From the NCBI GenBank assembly GCA_024229195.1, contig JAAESS010000141.1, forward strand, positions 1 through 54,532: 54,532 nucleotides of DNA. Direction: 5' to 3'. This document shows positions 18,393 to 29,081 of this stretch, in pieces. The stretch is from Flavobacteriales bacterium. GTDB taxonomy: Bacteria; Bacteroidota; Bacteroidia; Flavobacteriales; Flavobacteriaceae. How positions within the stretch are numbered: the first letter of the stretch is position 1; each line of letters starts with the position of its first letter. Position numbers and translations under genes: made by a program. The notes under the pieces are model-generated. The model saw nothing but the letters and a program-made list of their open reading frames with translations. It made no database searches and had not been told where the DNA came from.

Positions 18393-20362
18393 ATCACACG
18401 ATTTAGCTTTTCAAAAAGTAACTGCTTAAGCGCTGTATAATCCCTGATCGACTCGAGAGCATCTCTGTTATCCTGAATTTCTTCCTGGATTTCCTGAGCC
18501 GCCTGAAGTTCGGACTTTAAGGCATGTATCTTTTCTGCTATTAGAAGTCTTCTCAGATTATACAATACATCCATGACCAGTTTAGGTAAATAACTTTGCT
18601 TGTTTTTGACGTATATATCGTGCCTCTCCCACTGACTTAAAATATACCTTTCTTCGTCCATCAGAATATCTGTAACAATGGCCGAAATATCCTGATCCTC
18701 GTGATTCGTAAAAAGTTCAGGACTAATTCCTTGGTCTTGATTCAAAAGGTGAATGATCTCATAGTAGATCTTCAAAAAAACGGGATCTGTAAATTCGATC
18801 TCATCTTCCTGAAGATGCATGTAGATTTCTTTACAGACCTCATTGCTATAATTTGTTTTGACGATTCTTTTTTTACCGTCCTCGTCTATTTCCGAGGTAA
18901 AGTCAACAAAATCTACTTGCTCATTTCCATATAGGAGCAAAATCTCAATGATCTTCTTCTCCATTTGAAAAAGTTGATCTATTTTTTCTATCTTTTTTGT
19001 CTCTTTTTTTACACCCGTAAAAGGAGTTTTAGCCCTTGATAAAGGTTTGCTTTCACGACTTTCTCTTTTCAGAATTTGCGATAATTCGTTAAATAGAACA
19101 GACTCAGAAATATTCATAATTCGCGCGCATTCCTGCACATAGATCTCTTTTTGAATATTATTTGGAATCTTCGAAATACTCGCAACAATATCTCTGATCA
19201 ACTCTGCTCTTTTTATAGGATCATTCTTGGTTTCTTCCAGCAAGAGCGACGTTTTGAATTGAATAAAATCCTGTGAATGTGTGTTAAGATACTCTGTGAT
19301 TTCTTCAGTTGTCCTCGCTTTTGCAAAACTATCCGGATCGTCTCCTTCCGGAAATGCCACAACTTTTACATTAAGTCCTTGTTCCAGAATCAAGTCAATA
19401 CCTCTTAAAGAGGCTCTTATACCCGCTGCATCGCCATCGAACAATACTGTTATATTATTTGTCAACCTGTTGATCAATCTGATCTGATCTGAGGTCAAAG
19501 CTGTTCCTGATGAAGCCACAACATTCTCAACACCTGATTGCCACATAGAGATCACATCAGTGTAGCCTTCTACCAAAAAACAATTGTCTTCTTTGGCGAT
19601 ACTTTGCTTCGCCTGATAAATCCCGTAAAGAATCTTACTCTTGTGATAAATGATGCTTTCCGGAGAATTTAGATATTTAGCGGCTCTTTTGTCTGAGGAT
19701 AAAGTTCTCCCGCCAAAACCAAGAATTCTCCCACTCATACTGTGAATAGGGAACATCACACGTCCTTTAAATCGGTCAAACTTACGGCTATCTTTTACAA
19801 TAGTAAGTCCAGTTTTCTCGAGAAATTCAAGCTCGTATTTCTTACTTTCAGCAGTATCTGTAAAAGCTGACCATTCATCGAGAGAATAACCAAGTTCAAA
19901 TTTTTTGATGGTTTCATCTGTAAAACCTCTCTCCTTAAAATAGGACAAGCCTATCGCCTTCCCTTTTTCAGAATTCAGTAAAATATCCGCAAAATAATTT
20001 TTTGCATATTCAGAGACCAAAAACAAACTCTCCCTTTCATCGGCACGTTTCTTTTCTTCATCATTTTGAACCGTCTCTTCTATTTCAATCTGATACTTTT
20101 TGGCTAAATATCGAATCGCTTCCGGATAAGAATAATGCTCATGCTCCATCAGAAATGTGATAGAATTACCACCTTTTCCCGTACTAAAATCTTTCCAAAT
20201 TTGCTTTACCGGAGACACCATGAAAGATGGTGTTTTTTCATCTGTAAATGGACTCAAGCCTTTAAAATTAGCGCCTGCTTTTTTAAGATTCACAAAATCA
20301 CCAATGACCTCCTCTACCCGAGCAGTTTCAAATACTTTATCAATGGTATCTCTTGAGATCAT
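18389..20362 (-). CDS. dnaG: DNA primase
   Basis: FDRFKGRVMFPI, GFGGR, KYLNSPE, VEGYTDV, FDGDAAG, DPD Toprim motifs. Confidence 0.97.
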   Translation of the reverse strand: MISRDTIDKVFETARVEEVIGDFVNLKKAGANFKGLSPFTDEKTPSFMVSPVKQIWKDFSTGKGGNSITFLMEHEHYSYPEAIRYLAKKYQIEIEETVQNDEEKKRADERESLFLVSEYAKNYFADILLNSEKGKAIGLSYFKERGFTDETIKKFELGYSLDEWSAFTDTAESKKYELEFLEKTGLTIVKDSRKFDRFKGRVMFPIHSMSGRILGFGGRTLSSDKRAAKYLNSPESIIYHKSKILYGIYQAKQSIAKEDNCFLVEGYTDVISMWQSGVENVVASSGTALTSDQIRLINRLTNNITVLFDGDAAGIRASLRGIDLILEQGLNVKVVAFPEGDDPDSFAKARTTEEITEYLNTHSQDFIQFKTSLLLEETKNDPIKRAELIRDIVASISKIPNNIQKEIYVQECARIMNISESVLFNELSQILKRESRESKPLSRAKTPFTGVKKETKKIEKIDQLFQMEKKIIEILLLYGNEQVDFVDFTSEIDEDGKKRIVKTNYSNEVCKEIYMHLQEDEIEFTDPVFLKIYYEIIHLLNQDQGISPELFTNHEDQDISAIVTDILMDEERYILSQWERHDIYVKNKQSYLPKLVMDVLYNLRRLLIAEKIHALKSELQAAQEIQEEIQDNRDALESIRDYTALKQLLFEKLNRVI

Positions 20363-20392
20363 AAAAATTAATGTAAAGAAAAATATAAAGAT

Positions 20393-20418
20393 AAAAAAAC
20401 TGCCAAATGATGACAGTT
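20393..20418 (-). terminator. Intrinsic terminator of clpX
   Basis: Minus strand AACTGTCA-tcatt-TGGCAGTT followed by a T-run. Confidence 0.55.
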
Positions 20419-20449
20419 CTTTTTCTTTATTAACTATTATTATTTGTAA

Positions 20450-21688
20450 TTATGACACTGCCTTCAACTTCTTGATCGTTGTTTTGGTCAGTTTGTCCTT
20501 GGCATATTTAAAGGTCACTTTCAAACTTGTTTCTTCAGCTCCCGGCATATCAAACATCGCATCCGTAAGAATCTCTTCACATAAAGAACGTAGTCCCCTT
20601 GCACCAAGTTTGTATTCTACCGCCTTGTCAACAATAAAATTGAGAGCCTTCTCATCAATTTGAAAGCTAATTCCATCCATCTCAAACAATCGGGTATACT
20701 GTTTGATAATTGCATTTTTAGGTTCCGTTAAAATCGATCTTAAGGTTTTCTTATCCAAAGGTCTCATAAAAGTAAGCGCCGGCAACCTACCGATGATTTC
20801 AGGAATCAATCCAAAATTCTTTAAATCAGAAGGAATGATATATTGCAAAAGATTTTCATCATCAATTTTATCGTCCGACATCGAAGCGGAATAACCAACT
20901 GCCTGCATGTTTAACCTCTTACTGATCACCTTGTCAATACCACTAAAGGCACCACCAGCAATAAAAAGTATATTTCTGGTATCAACTTCGACAAATTTTT
21001 GATCAGGATGCTTTCTTCCTCCTTTCGGGGGAACATTAACAACTGTTCCTTCCAGGAGTTTAAGTAAGGCCTGTTGAACTCCCTCTCCTGAAACATCCCT
21101 TGTAATTGAGGGATTATCACTTTTTCTGGCAATTTTATCAATCTCATCTATAAAAACAATTCCTTTTTCAGCTTTATCAACTTTATAGTCGGCAGCTTGC
21201 AACAACCTTGTTAGAATTGTTTCTACATCTTCCCCAACATATCCTGCTTCTGTAAGAACCGTCGCATCTACAATAGCGAAGGGCACGTCAAGCATTTTTG
21301 CAATTGTCCTTGCGATGAGGGTTTTTCCTGTTCCGGTTTCGCCTACAAGCACAATATTACTTTTCTCGATCTCTATTTCGTCATCCTTTGAATTCGGCTT
21401 TTGAAGTAATCGTTTGTAGTGGTTGTATACTGCCACCGACATTACTTTTTTTGCCTGGTTCTGTCCAATTATATATTGATCCAGAAAATCTTTGATCTCT
21501 CTGGGTTTTTTTACAAGAAATTCAGTGTTCGCATTCTTGTTTTCACTGATAGACTCTTCCATGACAATGCCATGCGCCTGCTCGATACATTTATCACAAA
21601 TATGTGAGTCAACACCTGCAATAAGCAAATTGGTCTCTTCCTTCTTTCTCTTACAAAACGAACATTCAAGTTCTTCTTTCTTCGCCAT
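20450..21688 (-). CDS. clpX: ATP-dependent Clp protease ATP-binding subunit ClpX
   Basis: CSFC..CDKC zinc finger, [33 protein letters not shown]. Confidence 0.97.
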   Translation of the reverse strand: MAKKEELECSFCKRKKEETNLLIAGVDSHICDKCIEQAHGIVMEESISENKNANTEFLVKKPREIKDFLDQYIIGQNQAKKVMSVAVYNHYKRLLQKPNSKDDEIEIEKSNIVLVGETGTGKTLIARTIAKMLDVPFAIVDATVLTEAGYVGEDVETILTRLLQAADYKVDKAEKGIVFIDEIDKIARKSDNPSITRDVSGEGVQQALLKLLEGTVVNVPPKGGRKHPDQKFVEVDTRNILFIAGGAFSGIDKVISKRLNMQAVGYSASMSDDKIDDENLLQYIIPSDLKNFGLIPEIIGRLPALTFMRPLDKKTLRSILTEPKNAIIKQYTRLFEMDGISFQIDEKALNFIVDKAVEYKLGARGLRSLCEEILTDAMFDMPGAEETSLKVTFKYAKDKLTKTTIKKLKAVS

Positions 21689-21729
21689 AATCTATTAGTT
21701 TAAACCGAGTATATCCCGTCAATAATTTT

Positions 21730-22392
21730 TTACTTGTTTCTGCTAAGTACTTCGTCAATCATACCATATGTCTTTGCCTCTTCAGCTTTCATCCAATAAT
21801 CTCTGTCTGAATCATCGTGTACTTTCTTTACTTTTTGACCTGAATGTTTCGCAATAATTGCATAAAGCTCATCTTTCAGTTTCAAAATTTCTCGAGCCGT
21901 TATTTCGATATCTGAAGCCTGGCCTTGTGCACCACCTAAAGGCTGATGAATCATGATTCTTGAATGCGGAAGCGCTGATCTTTTTCCCTTTTCACCTGCA
22001 CACATTAATACGGCCCCCATTGAAGCAGCCATTCCGGTACAAATCGTTGCCACATCCGGCTTTATAAACTGCATAGTGTCATAAATACCTAATCCTGCAT
22101 ATACTCCTCCACCGGGAGAGTTGATATAAATTGAAATATCTTTCGTAGAATCTACACTTTCTAAGAACAATAATTGTGCCTGAATAATATTAGCCACCTG
22201 GTCATTGATTCCTGTACCTAAAAAGATGATCCTATCCATCATTAAACGGGAGAAAACATCCATTTGAGCAACATTTAACTGTCTTTCTTCAATTATATAT
22301 GGTGTGACACTACTAACCAATTGATCAACATACATACTGTTGATTCCCTGATCTTTTACAGCGAATTTTTTAAATTCATTTCCGAAATTCAT
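21730..22392 (-). CDS. clpP: ATP-dependent Clp protease proteolytic subunit
   Basis: [33 protein letters not shown]. Confidence 0.97.
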   Translation of the reverse strand: MNFGNEFKKFAVKDQGINSMYVDQLVSSVTPYIIEERQLNVAQMDVFSRLMMDRIIFLGTGINDQVANIIQAQLLFLESVDSTKDISIYINSPGGGVYAGLGIYDTMQFIKPDVATICTGMAASMGAVLMCAGEKGKRSALPHSRIMIHQPLGGAQGQASDIEITAREILKLKDELYAIIAKHSGQKVKKVHDDSDRDYWMKAEEAKTYGMIDEVLSRNK

Positions 22393-22513
22393 AGATATAC
22401 TTTTTAATCGTTAAGTCTGTAAATATACTAATTAATTAGAATGTAAGTAAGCTCAAATCGTCATCGATTAAGCCGTTCATAATCGAATGCAAAGACCTGA
22501 TTATTTATTGCAT

Positions 22514-22546
22514 AAAAAAACTCCATAATGATCAGTCATTATGGAG
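22514..22546 (-). terminator. Intrinsic terminator after tig
   Basis: CTCCATAATGA-4nt-TCATTATGGAG perfect 11-bp stem followed by T7 on the minus strand. Confidence 0.8.
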
Positions 22547-22565
22547 CTTTTGATATGATATAGAT

Positions 22566-23888
22566 TTATTTATACACCTCTTTGATAAAATCTTCGTAAG
22601 TCACCTCTTTGCTTTTCAATTTGATGTTTTCTTTAAAGAAAGTCAAGAGCTTTTCATTTTTCAATTGATCAGACAACCTTTTTACTTCCTCTTGATTTGA
22701 CAAAACACGATTCACAATATCATCTAGTTCCTTATCTTCGATCTTATTGTCACCAAATTGAGCCATTTGTGCTTTTACAAAGCCTTTTGTATAATCTTTA
22801 AGATCATCATAAGTAATCTGTAATTTATGATCAGTCATCAACTTTCCTTCGATCAATTGATACCTCAAACCTTTTTCTGATCTTTCATACTCCTCACCTG
22901 CCTGCTCTGCTGTCATTGGCTTTTCACCAGAAACAGCAAGCCATTTTTTCAAAAATTCAGCAGGAAGATCGAAGACAGTATTGTCAATAAGGTTTTCTGT
23001 AACTGCATTCAGCAATTGTTGGTCAGACTGAGATCCAAATTGCTTTTCAGCATCTTCCTTCAATCTGTTTTTCAATTCCTCATCGCTTGTTACCAAACCA
23101 GCACCAAATAATTTGTCAAAAAGGTCTTGATTCAATTCTGCAAGCTCTGTTTGAGTAATCTCTTCTATTGAAAATGTCAATGGAGCTTCAAATCCATGAG
23201 CATCATCATGTGAAAGACCCAAAACATTCATCAGCATATGATCATCAGTAAATAACCCTTTCGATTTCAGCTCTAAAACATCACCTACTTTTGCACCGAT
23301 AAACTTCTTCAGGTTGACTTTACCTTTAATCTTTTCAACTTTAAAAGTAGATTTCTTTTCAATCTCTTTCTCCTCGTTTACGAAAGTTCCGGTTACATTA
23401 GAATTTTCTTCGATCGCGGCTTGTGTAATCATCTTACCGTATTGTTCTCTGATATTGTCAATTTGAGTATTGATCATTTTCTCATCAGCGATGATCTTGT
23501 AGGATGTAATTGCCTTTTTTGGTTTAAGGTTTACCTCAAAATCCGGAGCCAGTCCTAACTCGAATTCAAATGAAAATTGATCCCCTTCCCAAGAGAAATT
23601 TTCCTTCATTTTTGGCAATGGATTACCCAAAACATCTAATTTCTCTTCAACTAAAAATTTATTTAAAGACTCCTGAAGAAGTTTGTTAACCTCATCAATC
23701 ATAACAGATTTTCCGTACTGCTTTTTAACAAGACTCATCGGAACATGTCCTTTTCTAAATCCAGGAATATTCGCTTTCTTTCTGTAGTCATCAAGTTGTG
23801 TATCAACTTTTTCCTGATAATCATTTGCCGTGATGTCAATTTTAACAACTGAATTCAGCGCATCAATGTCTTCTTTGGTAATCTTCAT
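22566..23888 (-). CDS. tig: Trigger factor
   Basis: IPGFRKGHVP ribosome-binding motif; tig-clpP-clpX order; TATTTTTG at 23925-23932 (-). Confidence 0.93.
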   Translation of the reverse strand: MKITKEDIDALNSVVKIDITANDYQEKVDTQLDDYRKKANIPGFRKGHVPMSLVKKQYGKSVMIDEVNKLLQESLNKFLVEEKLDVLGNPLPKMKENFSWEGDQFSFEFELGLAPDFEVNLKPKKAITSYKIIADEKMINTQIDNIREQYGKMITQAAIEENSNVTGTFVNEEKEIEKKSTFKVEKIKGKVNLKKFIGAKVGDVLELKSKGLFTDDHMLMNVLGLSHDDAHGFEAPLTFSIEEITQTELAELNQDLFDKLFGAGLVTSDEELKNRLKEDAEKQFGSQSDQQLLNAVTENLIDNTVFDLPAEFLKKWLAVSGEKPMTAEQAGEEYERSEKGLRYQLIEGKLMTDHKLQITYDDLKDYTKGFVKAQMAQFGDNKIEDKELDDIVNRVLSNQEEVKRLSDQLKNEKLLTFFKENIKLKSKEVTYEDFIKEVYK

Positions 23889-24038
23889 TGTAAATAAATT
23901 TATCTCTTTTTAAATTTGAGGGTGCAAAAATAATGATTTTACCTCAATATATAGCAATGATTATTGTTTTTGAAAGTATAAAGTTGACAACTTTATGTAA
24001 AAATTAACAAAGAAAAGAGAAGCCTGATCTATTAGACC

Positions 24039-24377
24039 TTATTTTTCAATGAGATTATGAAGAATAGATTCGAAAAATGAAAGCAATAAACTGAATAAGA
24101 GTGCTGTCCAAAATCCGGAGACGCTAAACCCATCAATCCAGCTATTTGCTAGAAGTATCATAGCAGCATTGATCACAAATAAAAAGAGTCCAAGCGTTAC
24201 GATAGTTACGGGTAGTGTTAGTATGACCAATATTGGTTTTAGAATGGAAAATAATATCCCAACAATAACAGCAACCCAAATGGCGGTTCCATAATCATCA
24301 ACATTTACTCCTGGCATCAAATAGGCAATAACAAGTACAGCAAGTGCGGTCAGTAAGACTTTAAAAATATAGTTCAT
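24039..24377 (-). CDS. 4-TM membrane protein, YvlD / Phage_holin_4_2 family
   Basis: KPILVILTLPVTIVTLGLFLFVINA signature. Confidence 0.85.
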   Translation of the reverse strand: MNYIFKVLLTALAVLVIAYLMPGVNVDDYGTAIWVAVIVGILFSILKPILVILTLPVTIVTLGLFLFVINAAMILLANSWIDGFSVSGFWTALLFSLLLSFFESILHNLIEK

Positions 24378-24405
24378 ATCAACAAATTAAGGATGTGTAT
24401 GCAAA

Positions 24406-25176
24406 TTAGTCATTTTCAAGAAAATTCACAACATTATCGTAAAAATCAACTGGATTTTCGGCATGAAGCCAATGACTGGCATTTGCAATTGTAAGAATTC
24501 GGCTGTCTGGGAAATGAGCCGAGATCAAATCCTCATCCTGCTCGTGAATATAACCTGATAATGCGCCTTTTAGAAATAGAACAGGACCCTCAAACAAACT
24601 TCTCGGCGGCAAGGCAACCCCAATTTCATCATAATATTCTTCGAGTACCTCAAGATTAAATCGGTATGCCAATTGATTCTTTTCTTTTCGATAAACATTC
24701 TTTAGGAGAAACTGTCTTATCCCATTTTCAGAAATATACTTTTTAAGGATCTGATCTATCTCTGAACGAGAACTGATCTTATTAAAATCAACTTCCCCAA
24801 GAGCATCAAGGATTTCCTGATGATGTGGAGGGTAAAATTTTGGCGCGATATCTGCTACAATAAGCTTATGAACTCTTTGCGGATGTTCTACGGCAAAAAG
24901 CATCCCTGCTTTACCACCCATGGAATGCCCCAAAATATCGACATGATCCAGTTTATGGTGGTCCATATAGCTAACAAGATCTTCTACCATAAGTTCATAA
25001 GAAAAATCGTCATCATGAAAACTTCTGCCGTGATTTCTCTGGTCGATCACATGAACTTCATAATTTTCTGAGAATCTATTTGCAAGTGATTTCCAATTGT
25101 CACCCATCCCTAAAAACCCGTGTAAAATGATCAAGGGTCTTCCGTTTCCAGAAATCATTGAGTGTAACAACTTCAT
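24406..25176 (-). CDS. Alpha/beta hydrolase (YbfF-like esterase)
   Basis: LHGFLG, DQRNHGRS, GHSMGG nucleophile elbow, HWLHAENP. Confidence 0.9.
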   Translation of the reverse strand: MKLLHSMISGNGRPLIILHGFLGMGDNWKSLANRFSENYEVHVIDQRNHGRSFHDDDFSYELMVEDLVSYMDHHKLDHVDILGHSMGGKAGMLFAVEHPQRVHKLIVADIAPKFYPPHHQEILDALGEVDFNKISSRSEIDQILKKYISENGIRQFLLKNVYRKEKNQLAYRFNLEVLEEYYDEIGVALPPRSLFEGPVLFLKGALSGYIHEQDEDLISAHFPDSRILTIANASHWLHAENPVDFYDNVVNFLEND

Positions 25177-25889
25177 TATGTAAGTTTTTGCAGATACATC
25201 CCCACCACATTTTGAAGTCCAAAATATAAGGCTTCTGTAATGAGCGCATGACCAATACTGACTTCAAGTACTCCGGGTACTTTCTGCACAAAATAATGCA
25301 CATTATGAAGGCTAAGATCGTGTCCTGCATTGATTCCTAAACCAATTTCGCCTGCTTTTTTGGCAGTTTCTACATAAGCCTCAACTCCAGCCTTATTTCC
25401 TTTTTCAAATTCTGACGCATATGATTCTGTATACAACTCTATCCTATCGGTACCGGTTGCAGCTGCTGACTCCAGCATCGACACAATAGGGTCCAAAAAA
25501 ATAGAAGTCCTGATATTATTTCTTTTGAATTCGTCTACAACTTCTTTTAAAAAAGTTCCGTGCTCAGCCGTATTCCACCCTGCATTTGATGTGATGGCAT
25601 CAACAGCATCAGGCACTAAGGTGACCTGTTCCGGTTTGATTTTTAATACAAGATCAACAAATTCAGGAATTGGATTACCTTCGATATTGAATTCAGTGGT
25701 TACGACAGACTTGAGATCCAGAGCATCCTGATATCTGATATGTCTTTCGTCAGGTCTAGGGTGAATTGTAATACCCTCTGCTCCAAAATTTTGTATATCA
25801 CCGGCGACCTTTAAAAGGTCCGGAACATTTCCCCCTCTGGCATTCCTCAAAGTGGCTATTTTATTAATATTGACGCTTAATTTAGTCAT
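25176..25889 (-). CDS. pdxJ: Pyridoxine 5'-phosphate synthase
   Basis: LSVNINKIATLRNARG, ITIHPRPDERHI, IELYT, NAGHDL, SIGHAL. Confidence 0.96.
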   Translation of the reverse strand: MTKLSVNINKIATLRNARGGNVPDLLKVAGDIQNFGAEGITIHPRPDERHIRYQDALDLKSVVTTEFNIEGNPIPEFVDLVLKIKPEQVTLVPDAVDAITSNAGWNTAEHGTFLKEVVDEFKRNNIRTSIFLDPIVSMLESAAATGTDRIELYTESYASEFEKGNKAGVEAYVETAKKAGEIGLGINAGHDLSLHNVHYFVQKVPGVLEVSIGHALITEALYFGLQNVVGMYLQKLT

Positions 25890-25997
25890 TGGTCCTTTAT
25901 TTATAATTTTAATGCAAAAGATATTATATCTTTACACAAATGTTCTATTAGATTAGCGGACAAAATTACAATTTTATCCTTAGAACCATCTTATTTA

Positions 25998-26657
25998 ATG
26001 CAAACCATCACATACATATTAAAAGATATTCAACCTTTTGACTTAAAAGATGAAATCATTCAAATGAAAGATTCTTTTGAACAATGTCCATTTTCTCATT
26101 TACCAGTTGTGGATGCAAACCTTTTTTATGGAGCAATCTCACGTGAAGAGGTTGAAATGATCATGAATGACAATCTCCATTTAAATGATCTTAAACATTT
26201 GATCGAACCGTTTTATGCGACAGAAAACATGAACTGGTTTGAAGTTTTACAAAATTTTGCCACGCATAATGCGAACCTGATGCCAGTATTAAATGCTGAT
26301 AAAAAATATGTCGGATATTATGAACTTGATGATTTCCTCAATATTTTTAAATGCACTCCTTTTCTGCATGAAGAGGGAGTTATTCTTGTGATTGCAAAAA
26401 ATATCAAAGAGTATTCTTTTAGTGAGATTTCTCAGATCGTAGAATCGAACAATGCAACTTTGTTTGGTGCTTTTGTCTCTAAGATTGATAATGAAATGGT
26501 GCAAATTACACTAAAATTAAGTCTTCATGATATCAATAACAACATACATTCTAATAGAAGATACAACTATGAAATTTTAAGTGAGTTCCAGAAAGACAAA
26601 TATCTTGAAGAATTGAATGACAGGTCGAATTATTTGCAAAAATACCTCAATATCTAA
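25998..26657 (+). CDS. CBS domain-containing protein
   Basis: FSHLPVV and NLMPVL CBS pair; SEISQIVESNNA; ends YLQKYLNI; upstream of nadK. Confidence 0.8.
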   Translation: MQTITYILKDIQPFDLKDEIIQMKDSFEQCPFSHLPVVDANLFYGAISREEVEMIMNDNLHLNDLKHLIEPFYATENMNWFEVLQNFATHNANLMPVLNADKKYVGYYELDDFLNIFKCTPFLHEEGVILVIAKNIKEYSFSEISQIVESNNATLFGAFVSKIDNEMVQITLKLSLHDINNNIHSNRRYNYEILSEFQKDKYLEELNDRSNYLQKYLNI

Positions 26658-26670
26658 GTAACTAAGGTTT

Positions 26671-27552
26671 ATGAAAGTAGGAATCTTCGGACAGTCAAAC
26701 AATGAAAATACGATCAAGTATGTGCAAGAGCTTGTTGAACTCTGCCTGGAACATGATATAGCGATCGTATTTGAAGAAAATTTTTTTAAAAGCTTTCCTC
26801 TTCTCTCTAAAAAGAAAAAATTTGATACTTTTTCAGGATACGATGACCTCAATAAAAATCTTGACTATTTCTTTTCAGTTGGTGGTGATGGAACCTTTTT
26901 GAGATCAGTAACATTTATCAGAGATCGACAGATTCCGGTTATAGGAATCAATACCGGAAGATTAGGGTTTTTAGCCAATATCCAGAAAGAAAGTATCCGC
27001 TCAGCTTTTGAACAGATCATGAAAGGTCAATTCACAATTCAAAAAAGATCCTTATTACACGTCAGAGCAGAAGGAAATAAAGATGACTTTGAAAATGTAA
27101 ATTTCGCATTGAATGAAATAACAATTACGAGAAAGAATACGGCCTCCATGATTAAAGTTGATGCCATTTTGGATAACGAATTTCTTACAAGTTACTGGAG
27201 CGATGGCTTGATCATTTCAACTCCTACCGGATCTACCGGATACTCTCTTAGCTGTGGCGGACCAATTATTTCTCCATCATCAAAAAATATTGTTCTTACA
27301 CCAATAGCACCGCATAGTTTGGCGATTCGTCCACTGGTCATACCGGACCAAACCAAAATAGAATTAGAAATTGACAGTCGGGCAGACGAGGTACTGCTCA
27401 CACTTGATTCAAGATTACATACGTTAAATAACAAATCAAAAGTATTTATTGAGAAGAGCAGCTTTGATATGATGACCCTTCAACTCAATGATCAAACTTT
27501 TATAAAAACACTTCGCAAAAAACTGCTTTGGGGCGAGGATAAACGCAATTAA
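26671..27552 (+). CDS. nadK: NAD kinase
   Basis: GGDGT, GRLGFL, ALNE, DGLIISTPTGSTGYSLS.GGP. Confidence 0.96.
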   Translation: MKVGIFGQSNNENTIKYVQELVELCLEHDIAIVFEENFFKSFPLLSKKKKFDTFSGYDDLNKNLDYFFSVGGDGTFLRSVTFIRDRQIPVIGINTGRLGFLANIQKESIRSAFEQIMKGQFTIQKRSLLHVRAEGNKDDFENVNFALNEITITRKNTASMIKVDAILDNEFLTSYWSDGLIISTPTGSTGYSLSCGGPIISPSSKNIVLTPIAPHSLAIRPLVIPDQTKIELEIDSRADEVLLTLDSRLHTLNNKSKVFIEKSSFDMMTLQLNDQTFIKTLRKKLLWGEDKRN

Positions 27553-27659
27553 AACATAGGCTATAGCACAATTTTACTCCTAAAAAACTGTTAATCAAAA
27601 AAGGATATTCATTTCAATTAAATGCAAATGTATTTTTTTATATTTGCACACTATTTTTT

Positions 27660-28319
27660 ATGATGAAAAAAATTGTTTTTGTAATTCTATTTTTCTGCTT
27701 TTCCGGTAGTGCTTTTTCTCAAATAAATGAGATCGGATTTTTTCTGGGCGGCAGTAATTACATTGGAGATATCGGACGAACAAATTACATTTACCCAAAC
27801 AGTTTTGCCGTTGGTGGAATTTACAAATGGAACATGCATCCTCATTTCTCACTTCGAGGTACATATATCTATTCAAAATTATCAGGAAATGATTCAGAAT
27901 CAAACAATTCTTTCAGAAAAGTCAGAGGGCTGAACTTTACAAATGACATTCACGAAATGGCTGTCGGAATAGAATATCATTTCTTTAAATACAATCTGGA
28001 TAAAATAGGACATACCAAAACACCCTACATGTTTGTAGAGGCAGGAGCCGTAAATTACGGAACTCTAGAGAATGGTCGTACTTTTAATTTTACGATGCCT
28101 GTCGGAGCAGGTTATAAAACAAAACTCGCCCAGGGTATTGGAATTGGCTTAGAAGTTGGCTTTAGATACACATTCAAAGATGACATTGACAGTTACCCAG
28201 CTGATCTTAATAGCGCCAACGTACAAATAAACCCTAACAATAATGACTGGTATGTATTTTCAGGAATAACTCTGGTCTTCGCATTTGGAAGAGAAGGTTG
28301 TTATACCGGGAGTTTTTAA
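27660..28319 (+). CDS. porG: DUF6089 / T9SS PorG-like small beta-barrel protein
   Basis: EIGFFLGGSNYIGDIG, RYTFKDDID, NNDWYVFSGITLVFAFGR..CY; sits in the nadK-X-uppS-bamA context; TATATTTG at 27639-27646. Confidence 0.7.
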   Translation: MMKKIVFVILFFCFSGSAFSQINEIGFFLGGSNYIGDIGRTNYIYPNSFAVGGIYKWNMHPHFSLRGTYIYSKLSGNDSESNNSFRKVRGLNFTNDIHEMAVGIEYHFFKYNLDKIGHTKTPYMFVEAGAVNYGTLENGRTFNFTMPVGAGYKTKLAQGIGIGLEVGFRYTFKDDIDSYPADLNSANVQINPNNNDWYVFSGITLVFAFGREGCYTGSF

Positions 28320-28328
28320 TTAGGAATT

Positions 28329-29081
28329 ATGGATATAGTTTCAAAAATAAATAAAGATTTTGTTCCCAAACATGTTGCTGTCATCATGGATGGCAATGGA
28401 CGATGGGCGAAAAATCAAGGATTCAAAAGAGTTTTAGGTCACAAAAAAGGTGTGGAATCAGTAAGACAAACTGTTGAGGCTTCCGTCGAATTAGGAATTG
28501 AGGCATTAACACTTTACGCTTTCTCAACCGAGAACTGGAAACGACCAAAAATTGAAGTGGATACACTCATGAGTATTCTGGTAAATTCTCTAAAAAAAGA
28601 GAATGATACATTTCAAAAGAACAATATAAAACTTCAAGCCATTGGTAATTTGAAAAAATTGCCTCCATTAGCAAGAAATGAACTTAGAGATGTCATGAAA
28701 ATGACTGAAGAAAACAATGGAATGATCTTGACTTTAGCGCTTAATTACGGGGCTAAGGAGGAATTGATCAGAGCAACAAAATCCATTTCTAAAAAAATTG
28801 TTAATAATGAACTTGAAATAGAAGAAATTGATGAAAAAATTATAAATAGTCATTTATATACATTTACTTTGCCCGTCGTTGATTTTTTGATTCGAACGAG
28901 TGGTGAAATGCGTATCAGTAATTTTTTATTATGGCAAATTGCCTACGCCGAATTGTATTTTACTGATATTTTATGGCCCGATTTTAGGAAGAAGGACTTT
29001 TACGAAGCAATACTGAATTATCAAAGAAGAGAAAGACGATTTGGAAAAACAAGTGAACAAATTGAAAACAGTAATAAATAG
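28329..29081 (+). CDS. uppS: Undecaprenyl diphosphate synthase (isoprenyl transferase)
   Basis: HVAVIMDGNGRWA, YAFSTENWKRP, IRTSGEMRISNFLLWQ, RRFG. Confidence 0.97.
   Translation: MDIVSKINKDFVPKHVAVIMDGNGRWAKNQGFKRVLGHKKGVESVRQTVEASVELGIEALTLYAFSTENWKRPKIEVDTLMSILVNSLKKENDTFQKNNIKLQAIGNLKKLPPLARNELRDVMKMTEENNGMILTLALNYGAKEELIRATKSISKKIVNNELEIEEIDEKIINSHLYTFTLPVVDFLIRTSGEMRISNFLLWQIAYAELYFTDILWPDFRKKDFYEAILNYQRRERRFGKTSEQIENSNK

Noticed and set aside
20157-20663. 168-aa antisense ORF over dnaG/clpX, and similar shadow ORFs (1170-1442, 6416-6760, 32210-32680, 48715-49041, 54021-54365)
   Set aside because: Opposite-strand shadows of well-conserved genes, with no motifs or independent expression signals
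24039-24377. Phage holin family gene as evidence of a prophage
   Set aside because: YvlD-like housekeeping membrane protein in a core operon; no integrase, capsid, terminase or lysin nearby
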